Origin: a virus
DNA length: 64,000 nucleotides
Strand: one strand, 5' to 3'
IMG/VR virus record: IMGVR_UViG_3300020192_000008
Span: 1 to 64,000 of that record
Position numbers and translations under genes: made by a program. Positions 1 through 9,149 of this stretch are shown here, piece by piece (position 1 is the stretch's first letter; the number at the start of each line of letters is the position of its first letter). The notes under the pieces were generated by a model. It had not been told where the DNA came from, searched no databases, and worked only from the letters and a program-made list of their open reading frames with translations.

Positions 1-1
1 G

Positions 2-244
2 GGTGAGGTGTACCAGCGGGGGGTCCAAATGGGCTCACGACGATTCGCGGACGACATCGTCCGGTTGGTGGAGGCCTGTGTTGGGCCGTGCGCGACAGAT
101 GACGAGGTCGAGCTTGGGCTCGTGATCGTGCGCTCGGCTGGGTCGGAGAAGGCAGCGCGAGCACGCGCTGACCAGGTAGCGGTACGCCGCGTAACCATCA
201 GGGGTAATGGGGCGGGTTTCCTCGGGTTAGGTTCCTCGGGTTAG
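2..244 (+). CDS. hypothetical protein, probably 5'-truncated by the window edge; may end at in-frame TTA 227-229
   Basis: Open frame from the window start; TTA lies five codons before TAG; 13-bp direct repeat TTCCTCGGGTTAG at the 3' end. Confidence 0.45.
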   Translation, partial: GEVYQRGVQMGSRRFADDIVRLVEACVGPCATDDEVELGLVIVRSAGSEKAARARADQVAVRRVTIRGNGAGFLGLGSSG

Positions 245-375
245 CGACCCGTGACGTCGCTCGTGCGCTCCTACGAAGAAGTGGAGAAGCCTTCAATCGA
301 TGAAGGTTCTAGCGATAGGCTTGCGATGCACGAACTCGTGCCCAGCGCCGCTAGAACAACTTCGAGCGAAGTGAA

Positions 376-410
376 AGAAAGAGGGTGGGTTCGCCCCTCT
401 TTTCTTAGCA
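376..410 (+). terminator. hairpin + T-tract + TAGC terminator
   Basis: AAAGAGGG...CCCTCTTT stem followed by TCTTAGC; the same architecture recurs 8 times. Confidence 0.75.
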
Positions 411-416
411 CCAACT

Positions 417-752
417 CTACGTGGGAATGAAGGCTGAACCAGCTGTCATAGCCATGTTCGCCTTGTTCCCCGTCCTGGCCATGTTCTGGAAGTGCCCCAG
501 GGCCCCCTTGGCCACCAGGCTGATGGGCCCTTCCTGATGCAGGCTGCTACCCCCCATCCCTGCCAGGGCATGCGAAGCGATCGAGTTGGCGTGGTAGTTC
601 AAGCTTCGCGCTGCAGGGGCCACTTTCGCCCCGACGGTCTTCATGGTGTCCATGAAGCCCGCATCTTTCTCTTGGGCGGCGATCTTCTCGAGCTCGTCGC
701 TGAAAGCGGCGTACATGGCGGGGGACATGGTCATGGTGAGCTCAAGATACAT
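417..752 (-). CDS. putative virion-associated protein (K-x-A motif family)
   Basis: AAFSDELEKIAA and EKDAG motifs like those of head-region proteins; the start may be a downstream ATG. Confidence 0.6.
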   Translation of the reverse strand: MYLELTMTMSPAMYAAFSDELEKIAAQEKDAGFMDTMKTVGAKVAPAARSLNYHANSIASHALAGMGGSSLHQEGPISLVAKGALGHFQNMARTGNKANMAMTAGSAFIPT

Positions 753-790
753 CTTCCACCCCTAAACAGGCAAAAACAGGGCCTTTTAGG

Positions 791-804
791 GCATAAGAAC
801 AATG
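791..804 (+). promoter_or_regulatory. ATAAG-N5-TG phage promoter-like motif
   Basis: GCATAAGAACAATG upstream of the plus-strand gene at 866. Confidence 0.7.
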
Positions 805-865
805 GAAGGAAACTCAACTCCTACATTGTGTAGGCGGTTGGCGAGGTACTTCCCCACGGGTCACC

Positions 866-1102
866 ATGGATTACCGCGAAGTCGCGGTTCGGGTTCTGTT
901 TGCGGTCGTGCGCGTGGCCACGTGGATCAACACGCGTCTGGTCAACGTGTACGGGATGTTCGGGTACTTCCACCTGGCCGTCAAGCTTGCCGGGAAGATG
1001 GAGCAGCTGAAGGAGAGGATCTCGGCGAGGCTGACGCCCGCCTTCCACGCGGCGTGCCAGAGAGAGATGGTGCGGGGGGTGGACATCGACTGGGAGAACT
1101 AG
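866..1102 (+). CDS. hypothetical protein (early cassette)
   Basis: 78 aa, GC3-rich, lies between promoter motif and terminator. Confidence 0.7.
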   Translation: MDYREVAVRVLFAVVRVATWINTRLVNVYGMFGYFHLAVKLAGKMEQLKERISARLTPAFHAACQREMVRGVDIDWEN

Positions 1103-1138
1103 AAGAAGGGGGACTAGTCTCCCTCCTTTTTCTTAGCT
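1102..1138 (+). terminator. hairpin + T-tract + TAGC terminator
   Basis: GGGGAC-TA-GTCTCC stem followed by TTTTTCTTAGC. Confidence 0.7.
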
Positions 1139-1167
1139 CTAGAACAGCAAAGAGATGGCGCTTCAAG

Positions 1168-1182
1168 GTATAAGAGTAGTGA
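1168..1182 (+). promoter_or_regulatory. ATAAG-N5-TG phage promoter-like motif
   Basis: GTATAAGAGTAGTGA, near-identical to 1470-1484 including the downstream AAGGGAA. Confidence 0.7.
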
Positions 1183-1191
1183 AGGGAACTC

Positions 1192-1225
1192 TAGAAGTGT
1201 CTTTAGAAGTGTCTTTAGTTGTGTC
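1192..1225 (+). repeat. 12-bp tandem repeat TAGAAGTGTCTT x2 plus a degenerate third copy
   Basis: Directly visible. Confidence 0.8.
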
Positions 1226-1397
1226 GGAGCGTGCTGTGTGTCGTTTTGCCTGATAGATCGAAGTAGGTTGCCACTACTTAGATTGGCGGATGCAGAGCAG
1301 GAGTAAAGCCTACTCCTGGGTAGGAGATGTTTGGGTATCCACGTCCCTGCATTGCCGTGGAAAAGGGTCCTGAGAGCTACCTCAGGGAATGACGGGC

Positions 1398-1430
1398 AGA
1401 GGGAATCCTCGCTCCCCTTTTTCTTAGCTC
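1398..1430 (+). terminator. hairpin + T-tract + TAGC terminator
   Basis: GAGGGAATCCTC followed by GCTCCCCTTTTTTCTTAGCTC. Confidence 0.6.
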
Positions 1431-1469
1431 CCGAATACATCTTCCACCTCAAAGAGTGGGGTAAAGGGG

Positions 1470-1484
1470 GGATAAGAGTAGTGA
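1470..1484 (+). promoter_or_regulatory. ATAAG-N5-TG phage promoter-like motif
   Basis: GGATAAGAGTAGTGA upstream of the gene at 1547. Confidence 0.7.
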
Positions 1485-1546
1485 AGGGAAACTCAACTTC
1501 TGCAATCTCGCAGATGGTGAGGAGGTACCTTTCACGGTGATTACCA

Positions 1547-2170
1547 TTGAAGACGCTCCAGGAACGCCTGGTTGCGATTCGTACGGCGTCCTCGATGGAG
1601 GAGCTCGCCGGCATCTGGGCCTACCTCAAGGCCATGCCGTCGAGCCGTGCGCACGGGTTTACGCCGGAGGGGCAAGCGATGCTTGAGCATATTGAGTGCC
1701 CTCCCGAGGCGCTCCTTGTGCTCACGCGCGCTGCTCCTCAGTGGGTGGCTCTCCACCCGCGATGGGAGCTGTACTGCTTCACGATGCCTGAGCTTGTAGA
1801 GGCTTGGGACTTCGCGACAGGGTGGCCCATCAAAGACCATCTCGTTCGGCTGCAAGCCGATCGAAAAGTGGCGTATCGCTGCAAGGCGAAGATCCTAGAG
1901 GCTGCTGCCCGATACGTCGGGAAGAGGTGCCCAGATCTGACCCCGGAGCTGACATGGAGGTTCACGCAGAACCTCAACAGCTTTCGCGCCCATCTCGACG
2001 AGTTCGAGAAGGCGGCCCAGGCGGGGCAGCGACACAAGTTCTGGGAGCACCTCTACAAGGTGTACGCCCAGTACAAGGACATCCCCTGCACCTCCAGCAA
2101 GGAGGTGTGGGAGAGAGTCACTTACGACGACGGCATCGACCTGGGTGACGACCCGGATGATGACGACTAG
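1547..2170 (+). CDS. hypothetical protein (early cassette), acidic C-terminus
   Basis: 207 aa, GC3-rich, followed by terminator; start codon uncertain. Confidence 0.75.
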   Translation: MKTLQERLVAIRTASSMEELAGIWAYLKAMPSSRAHGFTPEGQAMLEHIECPPEALLVLTRAAPQWVALHPRWELYCFTMPELVEAWDFATGWPIKDHLVRLQADRKVAYRCKAKILEAAARYVGKRCPDLTPELTWRFTQNLNSFRAHLDEFEKAAQAGQRHKFWEHLYKVYAQYKDIPCTSSKEVWERVTYDDGIDLGDDPDDDD

Positions 2171-2185
2171 CGGATCGAGGCCCCT

Positions 2186-2213
2186 CGGGAGGGGGCCTCT
2201 CCTCTTTTTAGCT
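2186..2213 (+). terminator. hairpin + T-tract + TAGC terminator between convergent genes
   Basis: GGGAGGGGGCCTCTCC followed by TCTTTTTAGC. Confidence 0.65.
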
Positions 2214-2218
2214 CCTGG

Positions 2219-2485
2219 TTAGATGACCAAGGATTGCGACTTGATCAAAAAGTCCTTTACGTCCCTGGGCACCTGCCTGCCCATGTAGGGCTCGCCCTGC
2301 TGGATGGCGAAGGCCGCTGCCTTGACCTGCACCAGGTAGGGGTCTTCGACCACGATCTTGTCTCGCATCGTGAGCGTGTAAAGCCGCCCGTCCTTAGCGA
2401 AGGTGACCTTCGTCTCCGTCCTGCACGGACCACAAGAGGGGGGCTCTGCGAGGATCTGACCTGGTTGAAACAAGAGTGACTTCAT
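2219..2485 (-). CDS. hypothetical protein
   Basis: 88 aa, SD-like GGAGGAAAG, downstream of the tape-measure-like gene. Confidence 0.7.
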   Translation of the reverse strand: MKSLLFQPGQILAEPPSCGPCRTETKVTFAKDGRLYTLTMRDKIVVEDPYLVQVKAAAFAIQQGEPYMGRQVPRDVKDFLIKSQSLVI

Positions 2486-2517
2486 TACTTCTTTCCTCCA
2501 GCCGCGTCTGGCTAATA

Positions 2518-5500
2518 CTACGGGGTAGTCACCTTTTTCTTGGCCTCACCCTTGGTACCCGCCACAGCATCACCGATCTCCGCAGCAGAGGCCGTTTTTC
2601 CTGCGATTAGAGCCAAAAGCTTCATAGAACCTTCCGCTGCCTTGGCCGTAGCAGCTGTGTTCTGTTTGATGGCGGCCGACTGGGGATCGTCCTTCTCCTG
2701 CTTCTTGAGCTTGGCTTCCTTGAGTGCATCGGAACCGCCGAGGTTTGCAGCAAGACGAGCAGCTCCTGCCTTATCACCACCCTTGAACTTCTCGGTGATG
2801 TTCTGCAAGTCTTCCATGTACGCCTGACCAGACTTGCTCTTGGTGTCGATACCCTGAGCCTGGGCAAGCTGTTTGGCAGCATCACCAGAGCCACCAGCGA
2901 ACAGCTTGTTAGCGCTCTGCTGGTCCATGCTGATACCGAGGGCATCTGCCAGGCCCTTGTTGCCTCCGGAGCTCATCTTCTTCTGAAGACCAGCCACGTA
3001 GTTGAGCTCGTCAGCCTGGTCTCCCAGGCCTTTCTTACGCATGATGGTAGCCGTAGCGAGCTTCTGCTGGACGGTCATGTTGTCCCCCTGCTCACCGGCC
3101 ATCTTGCGAGAGGCACGGCCCTTGTCGCTGTACTCCTCATCGCCGGCGCCGCCGTGCATCTTGCTCTCAGCCTGGGTGGCCTCGAGGATAGATGCGACGT
3201 AGCCCTGACCAGCCGCACCACCCTTGGCAGTCAGCTCATCGGCCGTCTTGGAGTCGAGCTCCATCTCCCCTTGATCGTTCCAGGTAGCCAGGCCCGAAGT
3301 CCTGACGTTATCCATCGTGTCAGCAGCGATCTTCCCGTACTTCTTGGTAGCGCCGTAGAACTCTTCCTTGTTCTTGCTATCGACGAGGCCAAACACGCCC
3401 TTGGCCCGCTGCTCGAAGGCTTCAGGGGACAAGCCGTGCTTCTTTGCCAGTCCAGCAATCTTGTCCGGGTCCTTGGCAGCGTCGCCGTACTCCTGGGCCA
3501 TGGTGGTCATTTCAAGGAAGTCTCGCTCACCCTTTTCATCGTCGGTGAGAGAGTCCTTGCGGTTGAGGTCCGCCATCCTCTTGGAGGTCTTCTTCAGGGC
3601 ATCTTCGCGGCTCTCGGCGTTGCGGCCGATCATGTCTCGAGCGGCGTTGATGCCCTCGTCACTGTCCGCGAACTTACCCAGGCCCCTACGAGCTCCAGTA
3701 CCAGATCCACCCTCCTTGCTGGTGAAGTAGTCATCCATGGAGCCCCTCAGAGAGTCCTGCTGGGCACCAAAACCAAACAGGTCGTCGCTAAGGCCAAGGG
3801 CTTTGGCTCCTGCACCGATGCCTTCAAGAGGAGCCGTACCGGCCAGGACCAAAGCTCGAGCCCCACCGCTAATCATGCGACCCTTACTGGCCTTGCCCGT
3901 GGCGTAGTCGGTAATAGACTCACCATCCCTCTTCTTCTGTAGATCCTGGGCCTCATTGGACCCATAGAGGTAGTCGCTGATCTTGTCTGCGCGATCACCT
4001 TCACTGGCCCCCATAGAGGCGCTGAAGAGGTTGGTGACATCAGGTGCAAGGTACTTCTGTCTCTCTTCCTTGCCCTGTCCAATGACGTCAGCGGCGGCAG
4101 TGATCAAGCCCACCTTGTTTCCAAGAGAGTCCGCATTGTTTCCAATCTCGCCCTGATGCCGCAGCTCCTTGAGAATGCTGTTGGATTCATCACCACCCTT
4201 CTTCTTCAAGTACTTGGTGATGCTATCGATACGCTTTTCACCGCTGCCCTGGATGGACTTGTCGGCGAACATCTCTGTGAAGAAGTTCTCGTGCTTCTTG
4301 GCGAACTGAAGGTTCTCGATCTTCGCGTCTTGGGTAGCTGCCTTGTGAGCTCCCATGTTCCGCTTCATCTCGTAATCGAAGGTCTTCTCGTCCGTGTGTG
4401 CTTTTGCACTGAACGAATATCCAGCCTTCTGGAAGCGGTCTGAGTCGCTCGAGAGAAGACCCAGCTTCGTAGCTGCGTCTCCCGTCATTCCGCCTTTGTC
4501 TCCGAAGAAACGCTGCTGAGCACTGGGGCCGCTGAGCAAACCACCGCCCCCAGTCTTGCCGCCACCAAGCACGCGGTTGTAGGCATCGTTACTCACAGCT
4601 CCTGAACCCCTCGAGGTACGCCACGCCCGGTCAGCCTGCTCGCTGAAGTGCTGGACGTACTGACCTGAGACCTTGTTCGACCAGGCCTCCAGGGTGTCCG
4701 AGCCAGCCGAGAACATGTCTGCGCCGATCTGCTGCAGCTTGCCCTGCAGACCTTCGCGGGCCTTCTCGAAGTTCTTCGAGAGACCAGAAAGGCCTTGGCC
4801 CTTCTTGTAGTCCTGCACCCTCTGGTTGTGCTTGTCGTCCTGACCCGAGCGGGACATCGTCCGCATCATCTCGGGCAGGTTGTCCACCATCTTGATGGCT
4901 GCGTCTGCCTCATCACGGCCCAGGCCAGAGAAGCGCTGGAAGGCGAGCATGGACCTGTCGTCCATGTTGCCGGGCTTGTGGCCACGGGATTCGAGCCACT
5001 GGCTGTACGCCATCGTGGGGGCCATCATCCCAAACTTCTCAAGAGCCCCTCCTCTCAACCTTCCTTCATTACGTATGAAGTTTGCACGGCCTACGCCGTT
5101 GAGGTTCTGACCGGCGAGCTCCATCGTTCGCCCCGTAGACATACCCCCACCCATCCACTCGGCGACCGCATCCTCATTGAGGTTGCCGTCTTTACCCGCA
5201 ACAGAGGCAAGGAACCTGCGCCCACGTCCGGACTTCAAGAAGTCAGCAGACTTGCCCATCATGTTAGAGGTGAACGCTTGGCGACCTTCAGCCCCCGTCT
5301 GACCCGTGGCGTTGTAAATGTCCTCCTCGGACAGCGCCCCGTTCTTCATCGCGGTCCCAACCTGACCGATGGCCAGCATGCCGCCAAAGGCGCCGCTTCT
5401 GCCCAGTCCGCCTACGGACCGGGAGATCTGCGAACCGATGGATGCCATGCCGGTGACTTCGCTCATCGCAAGCCCGCCCGCAGCAGCCATCCCTCGTACC

Positions 5501-6207
5501 CCGGCGCTCATCCGGAGCTGGTCTGCCTTCTGGAAGACACCTGCCCCCTTTACCGAGTGGATGAACTTCTGGGCCTCCTCGAGCGAGGAACCCATGTCGG
5601 TCGCGACCTTCTTCAAGGTGTCGACCATCTGTTTGAACTTGTCCTTGAACTCCGTGACTGAGGTGACGCCCTGCGCCATCCCCATCTTGCCCATGTTGCC
5701 GGCAAGCTTGGTGAGCTCAGCGAACCCGGTGATCTCCCCACCGGGTCCGGAGTCATGCGTCATCCCGCGCATGTGCTGACCGATCGAGGCTGACTGCTGG
5801 TTGGTGAAGCCACGGCCGCCTAGCTGGTTGGTGAAGTTGAAGTTCGACCGCATGGTCTGGTTCAACATCCCCTGCTGCTGACCGCCTTGGTACATCTGGC
5901 TGCCGATGTACTGACCCCCGGCCATCAAGGCCCCGGCCCCACCAGCGACACCCATGCCGACGGCGCCGGCGCCCATGACGCCCATCCCCATCTTGCCGTA
6001 CACGCTTGAAGCGGCACGCAAGCCAAGGCTCATCGGGTCCATGCCGAAGGCGCCCATAGCGCCTTGAAGCATGGGTGCACCTGCGGCCATCCCGCGGGCC
6101 ATCATCCCGCCCATGGCCGTATCCATGCCGGCCTGCTGGCCGCCAGCACCCATGATTTGGCCCATGAAGCCACCCCACGGGATGCCCCCAGGCGAGAGGT
6201 TCATCAT
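2518..6207 (-). CDS. putative tail tape measure protein
   Basis: 1229 aa, Gly/Ala/Met/Lys-rich and helical-looking with a hydrophobic N-terminal stretch; phage context with sheath and tube genes. Confidence 0.6.
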   Translation of the reverse strand: MMNLSPGGIPWGGFMGQIMGAGGQQAGMDTAMGGMMARGMAAGAPMLQGAMGAFGMDPMSLGLRAASSVYGKMGMGVMGAGAVGMGVAGGAGALMAGGQYIGSQMYQGGQQQGMLNQTMRSNFNFTNQLGGRGFTNQQSASIGQHMRGMTHDSGPGGEITGFAELTKLAGNMGKMGMAQGVTSVTEFKDKFKQMVDTLKKVATDMGSSLEEAQKFIHSVKGAGVFQKADQLRMSAGVRGMAAAGGLAMSEVTGMASIGSQISRSVGGLGRSGAFGGMLAIGQVGTAMKNGALSEEDIYNATGQTGAEGRQAFTSNMMGKSADFLKSGRGRRFLASVAGKDGNLNEDAVAEWMGGGMSTGRTMELAGQNLNGVGRANFIRNEGRLRGGALEKFGMMAPTMAYSQWLESRGHKPGNMDDRSMLAFQRFSGLGRDEADAAIKMVDNLPEMMRTMSRSGQDDKHNQRVQDYKKGQGLSGLSKNFEKAREGLQGKLQQIGADMFSAGSDTLEAWSNKVSGQYVQHFSEQADRAWRTSRGSGAVSNDAYNRVLGGGKTGGGGLLSGPSAQQRFFGDKGGMTGDAATKLGLLSSDSDRFQKAGYSFSAKAHTDEKTFDYEMKRNMGAHKAATQDAKIENLQFAKKHENFFTEMFADKSIQGSGEKRIDSITKYLKKKGGDESNSILKELRHQGEIGNNADSLGNKVGLITAAADVIGQGKEERQKYLAPDVTNLFSASMGASEGDRADKISDYLYGSNEAQDLQKKRDGESITDYATGKASKGRMISGGARALVLAGTAPLEGIGAGAKALGLSDDLFGFGAQQDSLRGSMDDYFTSKEGGSGTGARRGLGKFADSDEGINAARDMIGRNAESREDALKKTSKRMADLNRKDSLTDDEKGERDFLEMTTMAQEYGDAAKDPDKIAGLAKKHGLSPEAFEQRAKGVFGLVDSKNKEEFYGATKKYGKIAADTMDNVRTSGLATWNDQGEMELDSKTADELTAKGGAAGQGYVASILEATQAESKMHGGAGDEEYSDKGRASRKMAGEQGDNMTVQQKLATATIMRKKGLGDQADELNYVAGLQKKMSSGGNKGLADALGISMDQQSANKLFAGGSGDAAKQLAQAQGIDTKSKSGQAYMEDLQNITEKFKGGDKAGAARLAANLGGSDALKEAKLKKQEKDDPQSAAIKQNTAATAKAAEGSMKLLALIAGKTASAAEIGDAVAGTKGEAKKKVTTP

Positions 6208-6214
6208 GCCCGAA

Positions 6215-6223
6215 AGGGTAGCA
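6215..6223 (-). promoter_or_regulatory. sigma70-type extended -10 (TGnTAnnnT), leaderless spacing
   Basis: TGCTACCCT 7 nt before ATG 6207. Confidence 0.5.
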
Positions 6224-6267
6224 CGCCCCTTGACCTAGTTGACGGCTCAACTTCTGACCCCTTTCGG

Positions 6268-6282
6268 GGATAAGAACAATGA
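6268..6282 (+). promoter_or_regulatory. ATAAG-N5-TG phage promoter-like motif
   Basis: GGATAAGAACAATGA. Confidence 0.7.
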
Positions 6283-6312
6283 CAGCCCCTCAGCTGCTGC
6301 AAGGAGGTAGAG

Positions 6313-6645
6313 GTGTTCGTAGTTCTTCTGGGGCTAGTCGCCCTGCGCGGCGCCGTTCGCGGTGTGGCTAACAGGGTGTTCGAGCACAACCTCACCCAGA
6401 TGCTGGGTGATGTTAGTCATCAAAAGGTCTGTGGTCGTCATGACGTTCTCCTGACTATCGAAGAGCAGGTGGAGTTCCTGGTGGCCGGGGAGAACAAGAA
6501 GAAGGAAATCTTCGGGCTGGGCGTTGACCGCTGGGAGGCCTTCTCCCGCATGTACAAGGACCAGCCGGAGGAGCTGGCCAAAGTCGACTGCTTCAACTGC
6601 AGTACCTGTGGCAGGGTTCATCCCAAGAGGGACCATGCCGCGTAA
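6313..6645 (+). CDS. hypothetical protein with C-terminal CxxC
   Basis: SD AAGGAGG before GTG; CSTCGRVH motif. Confidence 0.7.
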   Translation: MFVVLLGLVALRGAVRGVANRVFEHNLTQMLGDVSHQKVCGRHDVLLTIEEQVEFLVAGENKKKEIFGLGVDRWEAFSRMYKDQPEELAKVDCFNCSTCGRVHPKRDHAA

Positions 6646-6730
6646 CGACATCACAAGAGGGACCATTGCTCATGAACTGTTCAGTCACCCTTGGTGAGGT
6701 TCGCGGGGGGCAAAAGCTCCGCGAAATGCG

Positions 6731-6745
6731 GGATAAGAAGAATGA
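6731..6745 (+). promoter_or_regulatory. ATAAG-N5-TG phage promoter-like motif
   Basis: GGATAAGAAGAATGA. Confidence 0.7.
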
Positions 6746-6794
6746 GGGAAGCTCTACTACATCTTCCCAATCAACGCCCGAGAAGGAATCCACC

Positions 6795-7181
6795 ATGGCC
6801 CAGCCCACCGTCGACCTCAACACCGTTCCTGCCACCAACGGCAGCAAGAAGGAAAAGACCATGACTCAGCAGGATGTCACCGACCACCTCTACCAGAAGC
6901 TCGTCGAGCTCGAGAGGAAGGTGAGCGCGTTCGACACGCTCTCCAAGGCCAAGGAGAAGGAAGTGGAGGCGCTCGAGAGCAAGCTCAAGGCCGAGACCGA
7001 GGCCAAGGAGAAGGCCGCAACAGAGGCCAAGGAGAAGGCCGAGGCCAAGGAGAAGGCCGAGACCGCGTGGGGGTCGCTCAAGAAGCGACCCGGTCTGACG
7101 ACAGCTGTGCTTGGTATAGGGGCGGTGATTGGGGTCGGTGGCACCCTCCTGGTGCAGCACTACACCATCGATCCGATCTGA
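6795..7181 (+). CDS. coiled-coil protein with C-terminal membrane anchor
   Basis: SD AAGGA before ATG 6795; EAKEKA repeats; hydrophobic segment AVLGIGAVIGVGGTLLV. Confidence 0.75.
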   Translation: MAQPTVDLNTVPATNGSKKEKTMTQQDVTDHLYQKLVELERKVSAFDTLSKAKEKEVEALESKLKAETEAKEKAATEAKEKAEAKEKAETAWGSLKKRPGLTTAVLGIGAVIGVGGTLLVQHYTIDPI

Positions 7182-7198
7182 GCAGCCGGGGGGCAAGG

Positions 7199-7231
7199 AG
7201 AAAGGGCGCCTGTGGCCCTTTCTTTTTAGCA
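7199..7231 (+). terminator. hairpin + T-tract + TAGC terminator
   Basis: AGAAAGGGC...GCCCTTTCT followed by TTTTAGC. Confidence 0.75.
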
Positions 7232-7275
7232 CCTAAATACATCTTCCACTCTGTAGCAAAGGGCTCTTCTTCTAG

Positions 7276-7290
7276 GGATAAGAACAATGG
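7276..7290 (+). promoter_or_regulatory. ATAAG-N5-TG phage promoter-like motif
   Basis: GGATAAGAACAATGG. Confidence 0.7.
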
Positions 7291-7320
7291 AGGGCTACCA
7301 ACCTCCAGGAGAAGAGAGCC

Positions 7321-7992
7321 ATGAAAGCTTTCACTGTTACAGAGCAAGCGACGAAGGGGATTCAGATTCCAGTTCTGTTGGGCAACGACAACGCCTTCTT
7401 CGGCATGCGTGTCGGGGGAGGGCTGTTGGGCGACCTGAAGAAGGCACTCGAGGTTGAACTCGAGATGGCCAACAAGGAGGATGAGCTCAAAGAGCTGACT
7501 CAGTACATCGATACTCTAGAGAGCATGCTCGGCGGCAGGGCTGTTGCTCCGATGCTGCTGCAGTCCTTGGACATGAACAAGGACAGGACGCACATCATGC
7601 GAGAGAACTCGGTGGGCAACAGGGACGCGCTCATCCACCTGGTCACAAAGACAGGGGATGGGGGCAAGATCAACCTGTATGCGAACACCGTTGATGAAGT
7701 TGAGGACGCAGATGGAGTGCTGCGCATCCCCCGACCGTTCCCTCCTCCAGGTGTGCAGCTCGTGGGGGAAACGGATACGGATACGGGTAAAGAGTGGCTC
7801 ATCAAGATGAGGCCACGCAGCAGCTTCAAGATCATCAGGTCAGGGGACCTGCAGGGTGCCCCACCCGAGCTTGTGGTGCTGTGGACGGGGAGGTGGCAGA
7901 GCCGTGTCTTCGAGAACTCTCGAAGCTTCCACGACCCGAGTGAATGGGGCCTGCGGGTCTTCCACCGCGACAGGGGGCCTCACCGCAGGTAA
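7321..7992 (+). CDS. hypothetical protein (early cassette)
   Basis: 223 aa, SD AGGAG; its TAA is the exact complement of the TTA ending the convergent gene. Confidence 0.8.
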   Translation: MKAFTVTEQATKGIQIPVLLGNDNAFFGMRVGGGLLGDLKKALEVELEMANKEDELKELTQYIDTLESMLGGRAVAPMLLQSLDMNKDRTHIMRENSVGNRDALIHLVTKTGDGGKINLYANTVDEVEDADGVLRIPRPFPPPGVQLVGETDTDTGKEWLIKMRPRSSFKIIRSGDLQGAPPELVVLWTGRWQSRVFENSRSFHDPSEWGLRVFHRDRGPHRR

Positions 7993-8202
7993 GGGGAGAG
8001 GGGCGTCAAGCCCCTCTTTCTTAGCCGCTATCTTGAGCTTGTAGTAGAGGTACGTCTTGATGATGGCGAACTCGCTGGGGGTGAGCGGCACCTTGTCTAC
8101 GGTGGTGAGGAACCACACCTCGAAGTCTCGGATGTCTTCGTCCACAAAGGCTTCGAGCTTATCTTCCGTAGGTTCACTGAGCTTGACTTCAACACGCTTC
8201 AT
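7990..8202 (-). CDS. hypothetical protein, 70 aa, TTA-terminated
   Basis: In-frame TTA at 7992-7990; extended -10 TGGTAACTT (8209-8217) lies 6 nt upstream. Confidence 0.65.
7996..8026 (+). terminator. hairpin + T-tract + TAGC terminator
   Basis: AGAGGGGC-GTCAA-GCCCCTCT followed by TTCTTAGC. Confidence 0.75.
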
Positions 8203-8232
8203 GCCGCGAAGTTACCACGAAGAAAGAGATCT

Positions 8233-8640
8233 ATGTTTCTGATAACTGACCTTCAGGAAAGCAACCTTGAGGACCTGGCAACCCTCGACGAAGAGGTCTT
8301 CGAGGACTTCTGCCTCCCCATCGGTACGCTGCGCAAGGAGTGGCGGGCAGGGGCTGTGCCCATGGTCGTCGACCTCGATGTAGACAAGCTAGCGGCCTAC
8401 GCTGTGTGCCGGTATGAAGACGGCATCGTCGACATCCTGCGTCTGGGTGTAGGCAAGAGGTACAGGGGGCATGGCCTTGCAAGGGGTCTGCTCGACGACA
8501 TTACCTGGAGGTACCCAGGCAAGCCTCAGATGCTCTGCGTCCGTAAGGAGAACGCCAGAGCACGGGGCATCTACCTCAAGGCAGGCTTTAGAATCGTGAG
8601 CCAGATAGACCTCTCCTGGGTGATGCGTCGCGACTGTTAG
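8233..8640 (+). CDS. GNAT family (RimI-like) N-acetyltransferase
   Basis: Motif A LGVGKRYRGHGLAR and motif B LCVRKENARARGIYLKAGF. Confidence 0.85.
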   Translation: MFLITDLQESNLEDLATLDEEVFEDFCLPIGTLRKEWRAGAVPMVVDLDVDKLAAYAVCRYEDGIVDILRLGVGKRYRGHGLARGLLDDITWRYPGKPQMLCVRKENARARGIYLKAGFRIVSQIDLSWVMRRDC

Positions 8641-8650
8641 ACTCAGCCCC

Positions 8651-9115
8651 ATGGTCCCAGAGAAGGCTTACCAGGCGTTCTTCAAGTTCGCGAAAGAACA
8701 GAAGGAGATCTATCGGCAGGTGGGCAACGTCCTACTTGATCGAGACATCCCCATCATCCCCCGCCTGCCCAGCGACAAGGGCAAGGCCCGAGCTCTGCTC
8801 GAGAACCACATCAGGGCAGCTGAGAGTGAGAACTGGACACACCCCCAGGTAGCCGTTCGCAAGCTCGACCTCAAGGGCATGGGCTTTGAGCCGACGCGAG
8901 CAGCCATCCCCCTGCCTGGGGAGAAATGGTTCACGCCTTCGTACCGTTCAGGGAAGATGCACGCCCACAAGATGGGGCCGTTCTACCTGGTGCATGAGGA
9001 TGAGTCAGCCCCCAAGGGCTTCGCTGACACCGTCTCGCACCTGATCAAAGACACGCCCAAACCCCTGCTGAAACGCATCTTCGAGAAGATCCCCCCGCCC
9101 GTGGTCAACCGGTGA
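8651..9115 (+). CDS. hypothetical protein (K-x-A motif, late-type promoter)
   Basis: AFFKFAKE motif; extended -10 TGTTAGACT 7 nt before ATG. Confidence 0.7.
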   Translation: MVPEKAYQAFFKFAKEQKEIYRQVGNVLLDRDIPIIPRLPSDKGKARALLENHIRAAESENWTHPQVAVRKLDLKGMGFEPTRAAIPLPGEKWFTPSYRSGKMHAHKMGPFYLVHEDESAPKGFADTVSHLIKDTPKPLLKRIFEKIPPPVVNR

Positions 9116-9134
9116 TAAGGAGCCATCATTTCGG

Positions 9135-9149
9135 GGATAAGAAGAGTGA
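9135..9149 (+). promoter_or_regulatory. ATAAG-N5-TG phage promoter-like motif
   Basis: GGATAAGAAGAGTGA. Confidence 0.65.

Larger units (their letters stand above)
1183..1430 (+). ncRNA. candidate structured non-coding RNA
   Basis: Own promoter motif and terminator, no convincing ORF, at least four hairpins (1261-1279, 1298-1318, 1338-1361, 1368-1386). Confidence 0.45.
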
